Of a stretch of DNA of 52,099 nucleotides, positions 30,156 through 39,566 are shown in pieces. The stretch covers positions 1 to 52,099 of the forward strand of contig JANJTN010000146.1 of the NCBI GenBank assembly GCA_024711065.1, given 5' to 3'. Within the stretch, counting starts at the first letter, position 1. The number at the start of each line of letters is the position of its first letter. The notes under the pieces are model-generated. The model made no database searches, was not told the origin of the DNA, and saw only the letters and a program-made list of their open reading frames with translations. A program made the position numbers and the translations under genes. Origin of the DNA: a bacterium. Its GTDB lineage: Bacteria > Bacteroidota > Ignavibacteria > Kapaibacteriales > Kapaibacteriaceae.

Positions 30156-31360
30156 TGCGCCCTCCTTGAGTGGCCCGACAGCACGTCGGCGATCACGGCA
30201 TCGATCTGGGCATCCACATGCGCCCAGGAGTGTGTGTGTTCCATCAGCCTTCGTGCCTGCTCGGCCAGGCGTTGCCGCTCTTCGGGATGGGCGAGCAACC
30301 AGGCTACATGGTCGGCCAGGTCCGTAGCCCGTTCACCGATCAGACAATGCACGCCGTGCTGGGCATCGATCCCCTGCAGGCCGGAGGGCGTGGTTACCAC
30401 GGCACAGCCGGCGCTCATGGCTTCGAGGACCTTGTTCTGGATACCGCTGCCGCCCCGATGCGGATGCAGGAACACGGCATGGCGGTGCAGGTACGGCACC
30501 AGGTCCGGTACATCGGCTTCGAGCTGCATACCCTCGCGGATCAGGGATCGAAGCTCGGAACGTGGGCGTGCACCGGCAATGGTCAGGCGTGCTTCCGGAC
30601 GCAGCACTTGCACCATGGGAAAGATGTCTTCGATCACAGCACTGGCCATCAGGTGGTTTGCCTGCACATCGAGTTTTCCGGCAAAGAGCACGCCGGTCCG
30701 ATCCTGTTGGTCCGCGTTATACGAGAACCGGTCCAGATCCACGCCATTGGTCACCACAGCATACCGGGCATGGTTGTTCAGGTCCCGCATGGCGGCCACA
30801 TCCTCGGTGCTGACGAACGTGGTCAGGTCAAAATCGTCCACCACCTCCGGCTCGTACCGCAGCAGCTTTCGGGTCTCCCACCATCGCACGAGTTGTTGAA
30901 GGGGGCTCTTGCTCGATGCCGTAGAGCGGCTCTGGTATTCTACGCGACAGTCCTCGGCAACCAGGATGCGTGGCAGGCCGGGCAGCTGGCGGATGTATTC
31001 AGCGGTGCGCATGAAGAAGCTGATGGCCACATCCACTTCGTTGTCCGCCAGGAAGGCTTCTACCGCCCGCCGGAACGCCGGCCGTGTATAGAACGCGATC
31101 TCCAGCGGCAGATCGGTCCATAGTGTGCGGACCGACAAGCCCCCTGCCACCAGTGGCTGCAGCGGGATCACGGTAACCTGCACACCCAGTTCGTGCATGG
31201 CATGGAGTTGTTCGGCCGACGCCGGACCGCCATGGTTGAACGTGATCAGGTGCACGGAGTTGGACCGCGCCAGATGCTTGAGCAGGAAATACGCCTTTAC
31301 CCGGTCGCCGCCCACCAGGGGCCAGGGAAATCGCGGGGAGAGGAACAGGATCGACGTCAA
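30152..31360 (-). CDS. GT4-family glycosyltransferase
   Basis: The track start (31504) lies inside the upstream gene. A TTG at 31360 gives a TTGA overlap with that gene's stop and an N-terminus LTSILFLSPRFPWPLVGGD typical of GT4. EX7E-like NKVLEAMSAGCAVVTTPSGLQGI. Confidence 0.75.
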   Translation of the reverse strand: MTSILFLSPRFPWPLVGGDRVKAYFLLKHLARSNSVHLITFNHGGPASAEQLHAMHELGVQVTVIPLQPLVAGGLSVRTLWTDLPLEIAFYTRPAFRRAVEAFLADNEVDVAISFFMRTAEYIRQLPGLPRILVAEDCRVEYQSRSTASSKSPLQQLVRWWETRKLLRYEPEVVDDFDLTTFVSTEDVAAMRDLNNHARYAVVTNGVDLDRFSYNADQQDRTGVLFAGKLDVQANHLMASAVIEDIFPMVQVLRPEARLTIAGARPRSELRSLIREGMQLEADVPDLVPYLHRHAVFLHPHRGGSGIQNKVLEAMSAGCAVVTTPSGLQGIDAQHGVHCLIGERATDLADHVAWLLAHPEERQRLAEQARRLMEHTHSWAHVDAQIDAVIADVLSGHSRRAQ

Positions 31361-32856
31361 TAGGCACCCCGCCCCGTCATCACCACGCCCACCGTTCGCA
31401 GCAGGATGTAGATGTCGAGGAAGAGCGACCAGTTGCGCATGTAGTACAGGTCTACATGGGTCCGCACGTCGAATTCGGCATCGTTGCGAACGGTCACCTG
31501 CCACAGGCCGGTCAGACCGGGCTTGGTGCTGTGATACATGGACAGGTAGGCACGGCGCCCTTCAAAGTCGAAGGCGGCCATTTCGCCCGCCAGGAACGGA
31601 CGGGAGCCCACCAGGGTCATCTCGCCCTTGAGGACGTTCCAGAGCTGAGGGAGTTCATCCAGCGAATACTTCCGCAACCAGTGGCCGATTCCGGTGATCC
31701 GTGGGTCGGACTTGAGCTTGTGGAACCGAGCCCATTCATCGGCCGATGTGGGGTCGGCCTCCAACAGGTCCTGCAACACCTCATCGGCATTGGTGACCAT
31801 GGTGCGGAACTTGAGCACGCTGAACATGCGGCCCTTTTCGCCGACGCGCTTCTGACGGTACAGCACCGGCCCGCGGGACGTAAGCTTGATCGCCACGGCG
31901 ATGGCCACCATCAAGGGTAGCGACAGCAGGAAGAGCGGCACCGTGACGATCACGTCGAACAAGCGCTTCTTGAACCGCAGCTCGGGATGGCGCAGCCGTT
32001 GTTCGATCTCGGCGCTCAGCAGCACATCGCTGTTGGCATTAGAGATCCAGACCACGGACGGGTGGACGTGATCGCCCACAAAGGTCACGTGCTGCAGGTT
32101 GGTGCAGTGTTCTTCGAGGATCTCGTTCAGAGTTTCGGAGTTGGTGTGCGGCATGGCCACGATGCCGTGCGTCAGGCCATACCGTTTGGTCAGCGGACCC
32201 ACGTGGTCCAACCCACCGATCACCGGAACACCCTCGTAGTACCCATACTCGGCTGTGTTGGCATCGGGCTCGATGATCACCAGCGGACGCAGGCCGATCT
32301 GCACATTGCGGCGCAATGTGTCCACGATCCGCGTGGCCATAGAGTGCTTCCCGACGATCACCGTAGGAATGCCGAACCAGCCGTGCCGGCTCAGGAACCG
32401 CCGGGTGGCCATGCGGCTGATCGCCAGCAGCGGTACCGAGAAGAACCACGAGATCAGCAGGATCGAGCGCGCGTATGGCAGCACGCCGCGCGTAAAGAAG
32501 CTCACGGCGATCACGGCGGCAAACACGCCGGTAACGGTATAGAACGTAGACCGGAGCTCGGCGATCGCACAGGAACCGTATCCGGGATAGATCCCCCGCC
32601 AGGCCGAAGCGAAGGCATTGCTGAACACGATCGCTGCACCAACGATCAGGTAGGATTCCACCGGAACGGGGCTAGGGCTGTTGAGGGTGCGCAGGAAGAT
32701 CACACCGGTCAGCACCGCTACCAGGGTCAGCGCATCGCTTACCACAAGGGCCATGGAGGCTTTGATGCGGCTGGAGCGGATGGAAGCATGCGTAGAACGA
32801 TGGGGCGTAGGCCGAACAAGAGCCTCGCCGAGTTCCTGCAACGTCGGTTGGTGCAT
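31357..32856 (-). CDS. polyprenyl-phosphate sugar phosphotransferase (WbaP/exopolysaccharide initiating enzyme type)
   Basis: N-terminal TM helices plus the bacterial sugar-transferase domain: RLFDVIVTVPLFLLSLP...GPVLYRQKRVG...LKFRTM...SDPRIT...SLDELPQLWNVLKGEMTLVGSRP. The start is either the ATG at 32856 or the GTG at 32901. Confidence 0.85.
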   Translation of the reverse strand: MHQPTLQELGEALVRPTPHRSTHASIRSSRIKASMALVVSDALTLVAVLTGVIFLRTLNSPSPVPVESYLIVGAAIVFSNAFASAWRGIYPGYGSCAIAELRSTFYTVTGVFAAVIAVSFFTRGVLPYARSILLISWFFSVPLLAISRMATRRFLSRHGWFGIPTVIVGKHSMATRIVDTLRRNVQIGLRPLVIIEPDANTAEYGYYEGVPVIGGLDHVGPLTKRYGLTHGIVAMPHTNSETLNEILEEHCTNLQHVTFVGDHVHPSVVWISNANSDVLLSAEIEQRLRHPELRFKKRLFDVIVTVPLFLLSLPLMVAIAVAIKLTSRGPVLYRQKRVGEKGRMFSVLKFRTMVTNADEVLQDLLEADPTSADEWARFHKLKSDPRITGIGHWLRKYSLDELPQLWNVLKGEMTLVGSRPFLAGEMAAFDFEGRRAYLSMYHSTKPGLTGLWQVTVRNDAEFDVRTHVDLYYMRNWSLFLDIYILLRTVGVVMTGRGAY

Positions 32857-32934
32857 GCTACCCCTTGGAAATTCCACCCTTTTGCCTACCCCATCCCCCA
32901 CATACCAGCGCTGAAAATACGCATTACGAAGAGA

Positions 32935-34926
32935 TTACGATGGGTCGGCCTCGGTATCCGACGTGTCCTCGGTAAGAAAGAATTGCGGGAACCGCTCCTC
33001 GTTGATGGGCTCCAGGAAACGGCTTGGGCGTCCCAGCACGTCGGTATGCTCCCACTCCAGCATCACGGCGGGATATGTGAGCACCAGGCGCTGCTTGGCG
33101 CGTGTGCAGGCTACATACAGCAGCCGCCGTTCTTCTTCCAGCGAGGCTTCACTGTCGGCGCTGCGGGCCGAAGGCAGGCGCCCCTCGTTCACCCAGATCA
33201 GGAAGACCGTGTTCCACTCCAGCCCCTTGGCCGAGTGAATGGTCGAAAGGGTCATGAACTCATCCTCCCGGTCATCCTCCTCCAGGTCGTCCAGCGTCTC
33301 CTGTGGTGGATCCAGGGCAATGTCGGCCAGGAACGCTTCCACGGTGGGATATCGCGAACCGATCGCCATCACCGTCTCAACGTCCCGCCAGCGCTTGGCA
33401 TGGTCGTCGTAAGCTTTCTCGAATCCCGGACGATACCCCTCGGCCAGGATGCGCAGGCGTTCTTGCGGATCTGCGATGGTGCGGGCGCGTACAAGAAGGT
33501 CTCGAAGGGGGCTGGCCTTGATGGGAAACGCCACGTCGGCCGACAGCGGATCGGCTACATCGGCAAAGCCGTCGATGATCTGCTGGGCCGTTTTCTGCCC
33601 CACACCGGGCTGCAGCAGCAGCACCCGGTACCACGAGATCACGTCGCGGGGATTGGCCGTGATCCTGAGCAGTGCCAGCAGGTCCTTCACATGCGCGGCC
33701 TCGGTGAACTTCATCCCGCCATACTTCACGAAAGGGATGTTCGACCGGCGCAAGGCGATCTCCAGATCAAAGGACAAAAAGCCGCTGCGGAACAACACGG
33801 CGATCTCCGACAACGGTACACCGGACTCGCGAAGCTCCAGGATCTGCTGCACCACAAACTCGCTCTGTTGCCGCTCATTGGTGCACGACACCAGCATCGG
33901 AGGTTCGCCGGTGGTCACATCGGAGAACAACTCTTTTTCGAACATCTGCGGAGCATCGCGCAGGATGTCGTTGCACATATCCAGGATAGGCTGCGTGCTG
34001 CGATAGTTATGCTCCAGACGGATCACGTGGCAGTCGTCGAAGGAATCCGGAAAGGCATGGATGTTGCGGACGTCGGCTCCCCGAAACGAATAGATACTCT
34101 GAGCATCATCGCCAACAGCCATCACGTTGCCACGCCGCCCGGCCAAGCCCATGATGATGGCATGCTGCAGCGCATTGGTGTCCTGGTACTCATCCACCAT
34201 CACGAAACGATAGCGATCGCGCAGGGTGGGTCCGACCTCGGGGTGCCGCGTCATGGACAGCAAGTAGAGCAGCAGATCGTCGTAATCGAACAGTCCGTGC
34301 TGGCGTTTGTACTGGTGATAGGCCTGGATCACCTGTCGAATGCCTTCCAGATCGGCCAGGAACTGGGGATAGAGCTGCGCCACCACATCGTCGATCGGTG
34401 TGATCGTGTTCACCGCCGTACTGGCCATGGCCACCAAGGTCTGCTTCTTGGGAAAGCGCCGACGAGCCCCCTTCACGTCGAAACGGCCTCGGACCAGGTT
34501 CATCACGTCCTCGGCATCGGCTTGATCAAGCACGGACATCGGGCGCGTGGACTCGCTGCCGGCCTGCTCTACACTGCCAAATCGCTGCAGCACGCCAAAG
34601 GCAAAGGAATGGAACGTGCCTCCGGCCACGCGTTCACAACGTCCATCCAGCAAGCCCCCTGCCCGACGCAGCATTTCGCGAGCGGCCTTGCGGGTGAACG
34701 TCAGCAACAAGATCGATGCCGGGTCCACACCGTCCTCTACCAACCGCGCTACGCGAAACGTGAGCGTGCGGGTCTTTCCGGTGCCGGCACCGGCAAGTAC
34801 CAAAGCCGGGCCGTTGGTATGCATCACGGCCTCGAGCTGGGCCGGATTGAGTTCCTGGTCGTAGGCGATGCGATAGCTCTTCCCGGAAGGGACTGGGGTG
34901 GCCTTCTTGAGGACGAGTTTCTTCAT
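32935..34926 (-). CDS. UvrD/PcrA/Rep-family ATP-dependent DNA helicase
   Basis: 663 aa. LNPAQLEAV, Walker A LAGAGTGKTRTL, VDEYQDTN and the later helicase motifs. Confidence 0.9.
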   Translation of the reverse strand: MKKLVLKKATPVPSGKSYRIAYDQELNPAQLEAVMHTNGPALVLAGAGTGKTRTLTFRVARLVEDGVDPASILLLTFTRKAAREMLRRAGGLLDGRCERVAGGTFHSFAFGVLQRFGSVEQAGSESTRPMSVLDQADAEDVMNLVRGRFDVKGARRRFPKKQTLVAMASTAVNTITPIDDVVAQLYPQFLADLEGIRQVIQAYHQYKRQHGLFDYDDLLLYLLSMTRHPEVGPTLRDRYRFVMVDEYQDTNALQHAIIMGLAGRRGNVMAVGDDAQSIYSFRGADVRNIHAFPDSFDDCHVIRLEHNYRSTQPILDMCNDILRDAPQMFEKELFSDVTTGEPPMLVSCTNERQQSEFVVQQILELRESGVPLSEIAVLFRSGFLSFDLEIALRRSNIPFVKYGGMKFTEAAHVKDLLALLRITANPRDVISWYRVLLLQPGVGQKTAQQIIDGFADVADPLSADVAFPIKASPLRDLLVRARTIADPQERLRILAEGYRPGFEKAYDDHAKRWRDVETVMAIGSRYPTVEAFLADIALDPPQETLDDLEEDDREDEFMTLSTIHSAKGLEWNTVFLIWVNEGRLPSARSADSEASLEEERRLLYVACTRAKQRLVLTYPAVMLEWEHTDVLGRPSRFLEPINEERFPQFFLTEDTSDTEADPS

Positions 34927-34935
34927 CGATGTCGA

Positions 34936-36984
34936 TCAGAAAGCGGTCAGCCGCGTGATCTCGGCAGCGATGCTGTCTACCGTTGGGATCACCACATTCA
35001 TCATGCCTTTGTTGTACGGGATGGGCACATCAGGTGTGGCCATGCGCACCACGGGAGCATCCAACAGATCGAAGGCTTCCTGCCCGATGGTGGCAGCGAT
35101 CTCCGCGCCGAATCCGCAGGTGAGGCCATCCTCGTGCACGATCAGACAGCGATTGGTCTTGGCCAGGCTCTGCAGCACGGCGTCTTTATCCCACGGCACG
35201 ATCGTGCGCAGGTCGATGATCTCGGCATCGGCTCCGGCTTGTTCGACGGCTTCGCTGGCGCGGTGTACCATTTCGCCCCATGCCACAATGGTCAGGCGCG
35301 AGCCTTCGCGGTGGATGCGGGCTTTGCCGAACGGCACCACAAAGTCATCACCCGGATACTTCCCGCGGCCGGGTTTGGTGTCCTGAATGTCGCGGTGTTC
35401 CAGGAAGAACGTCGGGTCGTTCCCCCGCAGGGCTGTACGCAGCAGACCTACGGCGTCCTGGGCATTGGACGGGATGGCGATGCGCCAACCGATGGTGTGG
35501 GCAAAGATGGCTTCGCCGCTCACCGAGTGCCACGGATCTCCCGTCCGCTTGGAGTAACCGATCGGGATCCGCACCACCATGGGTGCAGCATAGTCGCCGT
35601 TGGTGCGCCAACGCACCGTGCCGGTATCATTGATCTGCTCGGTGGCCGGGTCGAGGTACTTGCGGAACTGGATCTCCGGAACGGGCATCAGACCGGCCAG
35701 GGCCATACCCTGCGCGCGGCCGATGATGCCTTCTTCGGACAGCGAGGTGTCGAACACCCGGTCGGCGCCGTGTTTGATCTGCAGGTCGACCGTGGCGCCG
35801 TGGACGCCACCCTTAACGCCAACGTCTTCGCCAAAGACCACCACGCGCGGATTGATCTCGAGTTCGCGGTCCAGCGTGCGTTTGACAGCTTCGATCAGAT
35901 TGATGCGGGGACCATCTTCCTTCAGCTCGCCGCTGGCTGAAGGGGGCTCTGCACCATCGCCCATCAGGCCGCCATGTTTGGGTGCTTCGCCGTCAAAGAA
36001 GACATGGGCAAACGCGCTGTAGGGATCCGGCTCGGCTTGAGCTACGGCGGCTTCGGCAGCGGCACGAACCTCGGCATCGACCTCGGCCACCAGTGCGTCC
36101 CACCCGTCGGCGTCCAGATAGCCCTTCTTGAGGAAGTAGGCCTGGAGTTTATCGATCGGATCGTTTTCGCGGTCGAACTGCCGCTGAGCGTCGGACTTGT
36201 ACGACTGGTTGTCGGCACCGGAGTGACCGCAGATGCGGGGCACGTGGGCATGGATCAGCGCCGGCGTTCCGGCGTCCCGCACGTGCTCGATGGTCTTGTC
36301 GATCATGCGCGCCGCTTCGTCGGGATTGGTGCCATCGAATTCCACGATGCGCAGGCTGGCGAACGAGGCCAGGTTGGCCGAGATGTTGCCGCCCGGCGTC
36401 TGGAAGGTGCCCGGCACGCTGATGCCAAGCTGATTGTCCTCGATGAAGAAGACCATCGGCAGTTTCTGCGTGGTGGCGATGTTCAACGCCGCCCAGAACC
36501 CGTTGGTCGCTGTAGAGCCATCACCACCGAGGGCAACCGCCACAGCCCCTTTCCAGTCGCTTTCGTTCATCACGGTAGACCGGTACCGAATGGTTTGGGC
36601 CCAGCCCACGGCCGGAGTATACTGCGCTCCCACATCGCCGGAGGCTGGCAGCACCGTTACGCCTCTACGATTCGGCAAATGGTGCACCACGCCGATGTCG
36701 CGTCCACCGTTGCGGCTGCCCACACGCGCAAGGGGTCCGGCAAAGGCTTCTTCGTACGTCATGCCGGCACCGATCACAAAGGGCCGCGACCGGTAATACA
36801 CCGTGGCCGCGTCGCGTCCCTGGCGCAACACCTGCGACAGAATGGCCTGGATCAGCTCGTGACCCTTGGCCGAGAATTGATAGGTGACCTTTCCGGAGGG
36901 GGCTAGTTCCTGCTCCTCGATCTCGTCGATCCGGCGCGAGGCGAGCATGGTACGGGCAACGTCGAACCAGTCTGATTTCTTCAT
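34936..36984 (-). CDS. 2-oxoacid dehydrogenase E1 component, fused alpha+beta subunits (TPP-dependent)
   Basis: ATG at 36984 (MKKSDWFDVARTMLASRRIDE). Alpha-type TPP motif GDGSTATNGFWAALNIA, followed by a beta/transketolase-like half (VVFGEDVG...GRAQGMALAGLMPVPEIQF). Confidence 0.85.
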   Translation of the reverse strand: MKKSDWFDVARTMLASRRIDEIEEQELAPSGKVTYQFSAKGHELIQAILSQVLRQGRDAATVYYRSRPFVIGAGMTYEEAFAGPLARVGSRNGGRDIGVVHHLPNRRGVTVLPASGDVGAQYTPAVGWAQTIRYRSTVMNESDWKGAVAVALGGDGSTATNGFWAALNIATTQKLPMVFFIEDNQLGISVPGTFQTPGGNISANLASFASLRIVEFDGTNPDEAARMIDKTIEHVRDAGTPALIHAHVPRICGHSGADNQSYKSDAQRQFDRENDPIDKLQAYFLKKGYLDADGWDALVAEVDAEVRAAAEAAVAQAEPDPYSAFAHVFFDGEAPKHGGLMGDGAEPPSASGELKEDGPRINLIEAVKRTLDRELEINPRVVVFGEDVGVKGGVHGATVDLQIKHGADRVFDTSLSEEGIIGRAQGMALAGLMPVPEIQFRKYLDPATEQINDTGTVRWRTNGDYAAPMVVRIPIGYSKRTGDPWHSVSGEAIFAHTIGWRIAIPSNAQDAVGLLRTALRGNDPTFFLEHRDIQDTKPGRGKYPGDDFVVPFGKARIHREGSRLTIVAWGEMVHRASEAVEQAGADAEIIDLRTIVPWDKDAVLQSLAKTNRCLIVHEDGLTCGFGAEIAATIGQEAFDLLDAPVVRMATPDVPIPYNKGMMNVVIPTVDSIAAEITRLTAF

Positions 36985-37130
36985 GATCTCGATGTGAGTT
37001 GGCGGAGTGGACGTGGGCTTCGTGCAGCGAAGCCACAAAGTTACAACAGCCCGTCGGCCTGGGGTAGGCCGGAACAGCCGACCAATGCCCTTGCCGTGGT
37101 ACATTTGCGAGTATCATCCACGGAGTGTTC

Positions 37131-38048
37131 ATGTTGATCCGCACCCTGTTCGCTACCCTGCTCGTGGCCGCCTTTATGTGGACGGCAGCCTCGGCCCAGT
37201 TGTTCACCGGCTATCAGCCGCAACAATGCCTGACCTCGGCCAAGGCCAGCATCGAAGGGGCTTCCGACGGCGAGGTGATCGCCATCCTGTCTGTTGGCAC
37301 CACCATCGAACTCGGCCCGGCACCGTTGAACATCGGCATGGATCTGGCCAATGGTACCTCGCCGTTGTGGTTGTACCTGGTTTACAGCCAGTCTCTGGAC
37401 ACGGTCGCCGTGGTCCCCTTCATTCGTGTCCTCGGCTCCTGTACAGCCCCGCCGCTGGGCGATGTAGCACCGGACTTCGGCGATACCGAGGGACTGCGTC
37501 TGGTACCGGTTCCCGCCAATTTTGTGCAGGGGGCTGCCCTGATCACCGCCCTGGATGCCAACGGCGACTATGCCGCCTGGAAAGCAGCACATCCGGACAG
37601 TACGCCAACGATCACGATGCTGGCCACCAGCGACGAAGAGGCCTTTGGCTTCCCTGCCGGCACACCGTTCTGGGTGATGAACTGGATCAGCAACGAACCC
37701 GACGCGCTGCCGTTCATTTGTCTGGTGCACGCCACCACGTCGCAGACCATCTGCTTTGGCGAGGAGATCGTGTCGGTGGACGATCAAGGCAAGGACGGAC
37801 TCTTTGCCATGGCACCCAACCCTGCATCTGACGACCTGGTGATCAGTTTACCCGCATCCTGGCTGAACCGACCCGTATCTGTCGAAGCCGTGAACGTGAC
37901 CGGCCAGCGCGTCGTACTCCGCGACCTGAGTCCAACCGCCGGACCTCAAGTCTTTGTGAGCACCCACACGCTCAACACCGGCACCTGGATGGTTCGCATC
38001 ACGGACGGTCGCGTGGTCTCGACGATGCCGCTCGTAATTGCACGCTAG
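37131..38048 (+). CDS. secreted hypothetical protein with T9SS C-terminal sorting domain
   Basis: Signal MLIRTLFATLLVAAFMWTAASAQ. C-terminus FAMAPNPASDDLVISLP...VEAVNVTGQRVVL...LNTGTWMVRITDGRVVSTMPLVIAR is a typical Por sorting domain. A GTG at 37125 is also possible. Confidence 0.7.
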   Translation: MLIRTLFATLLVAAFMWTAASAQLFTGYQPQQCLTSAKASIEGASDGEVIAILSVGTTIELGPAPLNIGMDLANGTSPLWLYLVYSQSLDTVAVVPFIRVLGSCTAPPLGDVAPDFGDTEGLRLVPVPANFVQGAALITALDANGDYAAWKAAHPDSTPTITMLATSDEEAFGFPAGTPFWVMNWISNEPDALPFICLVHATTSQTICFGEEIVSVDDQGKDGLFAMAPNPASDDLVISLPASWLNRPVSVEAVNVTGQRVVLRDLSPTAGPQVFVSTHTLNTGTWMVRITDGRVVSTMPLVIAR

Positions 38049-38088
38049 CGGGACTAGCGGTTAGCGGCTAGCGTCTAGCGTCTAGCTC
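38045..38088. repeat. heptamer tandem array (CTAGCGK)x6
   Basis: CTAGCGG ga CTAGCGG t TAGCGG CTAGCGT CTAGCGT CTAGCTC. Starts at the stop codon of the preceding gene. Five CTAG tetramers in 44 nt. Confidence 0.9.
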
Positions 38089-38097
38089 ATTTGGATA

Positions 38098-38153
38098 CAG
38101 CAGATTGGCACATTAGCACATTAGCAGATTAGCAGATCAGCAGATTAGCACCC
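38098..38153. repeat. octamer tandem array (YAGCASAT)x7 abutting the glyA ATG
   Basis: CAGCAGAT TGGCACAT TAGCACAT TAGCAGAT TAGCAGAT CAGCAGAT TAGCACCC, then ATG at 38154. Confidence 0.9.
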
Positions 38154-39566
38154 ATGTACACACACGTCAAACACTCGGATCCAGAACTCTACCGCAGCCT
38201 GATCGGTGAATTCGAGCGTCAGCGCGACAAGGTCGAGCTCATCGCTTCCGAAAACTTTACGTCGCTCGCCGTGATGGAAGCCCAGGGCAGCATCATGACC
38301 AACAAGTATGCCGAAGGGTATCCCGGCAAGCGGTACTATGGCGGATGCGAATGGGTGGACGTGGCAGAACAGCTTGCGATCGACCGGCTGAAGGCCTTGT
38401 TCGGAGCCGAGTACGCCAATGTGCAGCCCCATTCCGGATCCGGCGCCAACATGGGTGTGTACTTCACGTACCTGCAGCCGGGCGATACCGTGCTGGGCAT
38501 GGACCTGGCGCACGGTGGTCACCTCACGCACGGCTCTCCGGTGAACTTTTCCGGCATCTTCTACAACTTCATCGGCTATGGTCTGGATCTGGAGACCGGC
38601 AGGATCGACTACGACATGGTCGAGACGCTGGCCAAGCAGCATAAGCCCAAGATGATCACCGCCGGTGCCAGCGCGTACTCGCGGGAGATCGACTACAAGG
38701 CCCTGCGGGAGATCGCCGACAAGGTGGGAGCGTTCCTGCTGGCCGATATTGCCCACCCGGCCGGACTCATCGCCAAAGGACGCCTGATGAGCCCCGTTCC
38801 CTATTGCGACGTGGTCACCTCCACCACGCACAAGACCTTGCGGGGTCCACGTGGCGGCCTGATCATGATGGGCAAGGACTACGAGAATCCCTTCGGCAAG
38901 GTGGCACCCAAGAGCGGCCGCGTGAAGAACATGAGCGAGTTGATCGACTCTATGGTGATGCCGGGCATCCAGGGCGGTCCCCTGATGCACGTGATCGCTG
39001 CCAAAGCCGTAGCGTTCGGCGAAGCCCTCACGGACACGTTCGATGTCTACACCAAACAGGTGATCAAGAACGCCCAGGCGATGGCCGACGAGCTGATGAA
39101 GCTGGACTACAATGTGATCTCCGGCGGTACGGACAACCACGTGATGCTCGTTGATCTGCGCAACAAAGGTGTGACCGGCAAGAAGGCCGAGAATGCCCTG
39201 GATGCTGCTGGGATCACCTGCAACAAGAACTCGGTCCCGAACGACGATAAGTCGCCCCTCATCACCTCCGGCATCCGCCTCGGATCGGCAGCCATGACGT
39301 CTCGCGGGATGACCGAAGACGACATGCGGCACATCGTACGCCTGATCGACCGTGTGGTGACCAACGCCGACGACGAGTCTGTCCACGCCGCCGTCAAGGA
39401 CGACGTGAAGCACTTCTGCCGTCGGTTCGACCTGTACCCTGCCCTGAACTACTCTGCCGACGAAGTGGGCAAGCGCATCGGTGAGACCATCGACGACGCC
39501 GTGGAAGGCCTGGAGCAAACCGTCAAGAGCGTGGTCGACGAGGTGAAGGACGCGTTCAAGCGCTAG
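38154..39566 (+). CDS. glyA: serine hydroxymethyltransferase with ~41-aa C-terminal extension
   Basis: [25 protein letters not shown] and the PLP-lysine motif [12 protein letters not shown]. 470 aa versus about 417-430 for typical GlyA. Confidence 0.95.
   Translation: MYTHVKHSDPELYRSLIGEFERQRDKVELIASENFTSLAVMEAQGSIMTNKYAEGYPGKRYYGGCEWVDVAEQLAIDRLKALFGAEYANVQPHSGSGANMGVYFTYLQPGDTVLGMDLAHGGHLTHGSPVNFSGIFYNFIGYGLDLETGRIDYDMVETLAKQHKPKMITAGASAYSREIDYKALREIADKVGAFLLADIAHPAGLIAKGRLMSPVPYCDVVTSTTHKTLRGPRGGLIMMGKDYENPFGKVAPKSGRVKNMSELIDSMVMPGIQGGPLMHVIAAKAVAFGEALTDTFDVYTKQVIKNAQAMADELMKLDYNVISGGTDNHVMLVDLRNKGVTGKKAENALDAAGITCNKNSVPNDDKSPLITSGIRLGSAAMTSRGMTEDDMRHIVRLIDRVVTNADDESVHAAVKDDVKHFCRRFDLYPALNYSADEVGKRIGETIDDAVEGLEQTVKSVVDEVKDAFKR

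Noticed and set aside
31987-35940. 1317-aa plus-strand ORF, the longest in the track
   Set aside because: It is exactly codon-aligned and antisense to three well-supported minus-strand genes (sugar transferase, UvrD-like helicase, E1 fusion) that all share phase 1 mod 3. In that frame, stops arise only opposite TTA, CTA and TCA codons, which a GC3-rich genome avoids. The translation is low-complexity His/Arg/Gly/Asp/Gln-rich with no motifs.
38145-39518. 457-aa minus-strand ORF
   Set aside because: Codon-aligned antisense shadow of glyA, which has unmistakable SHMT motifs. The product is His/Gly/Val/Asp-rich low complexity.
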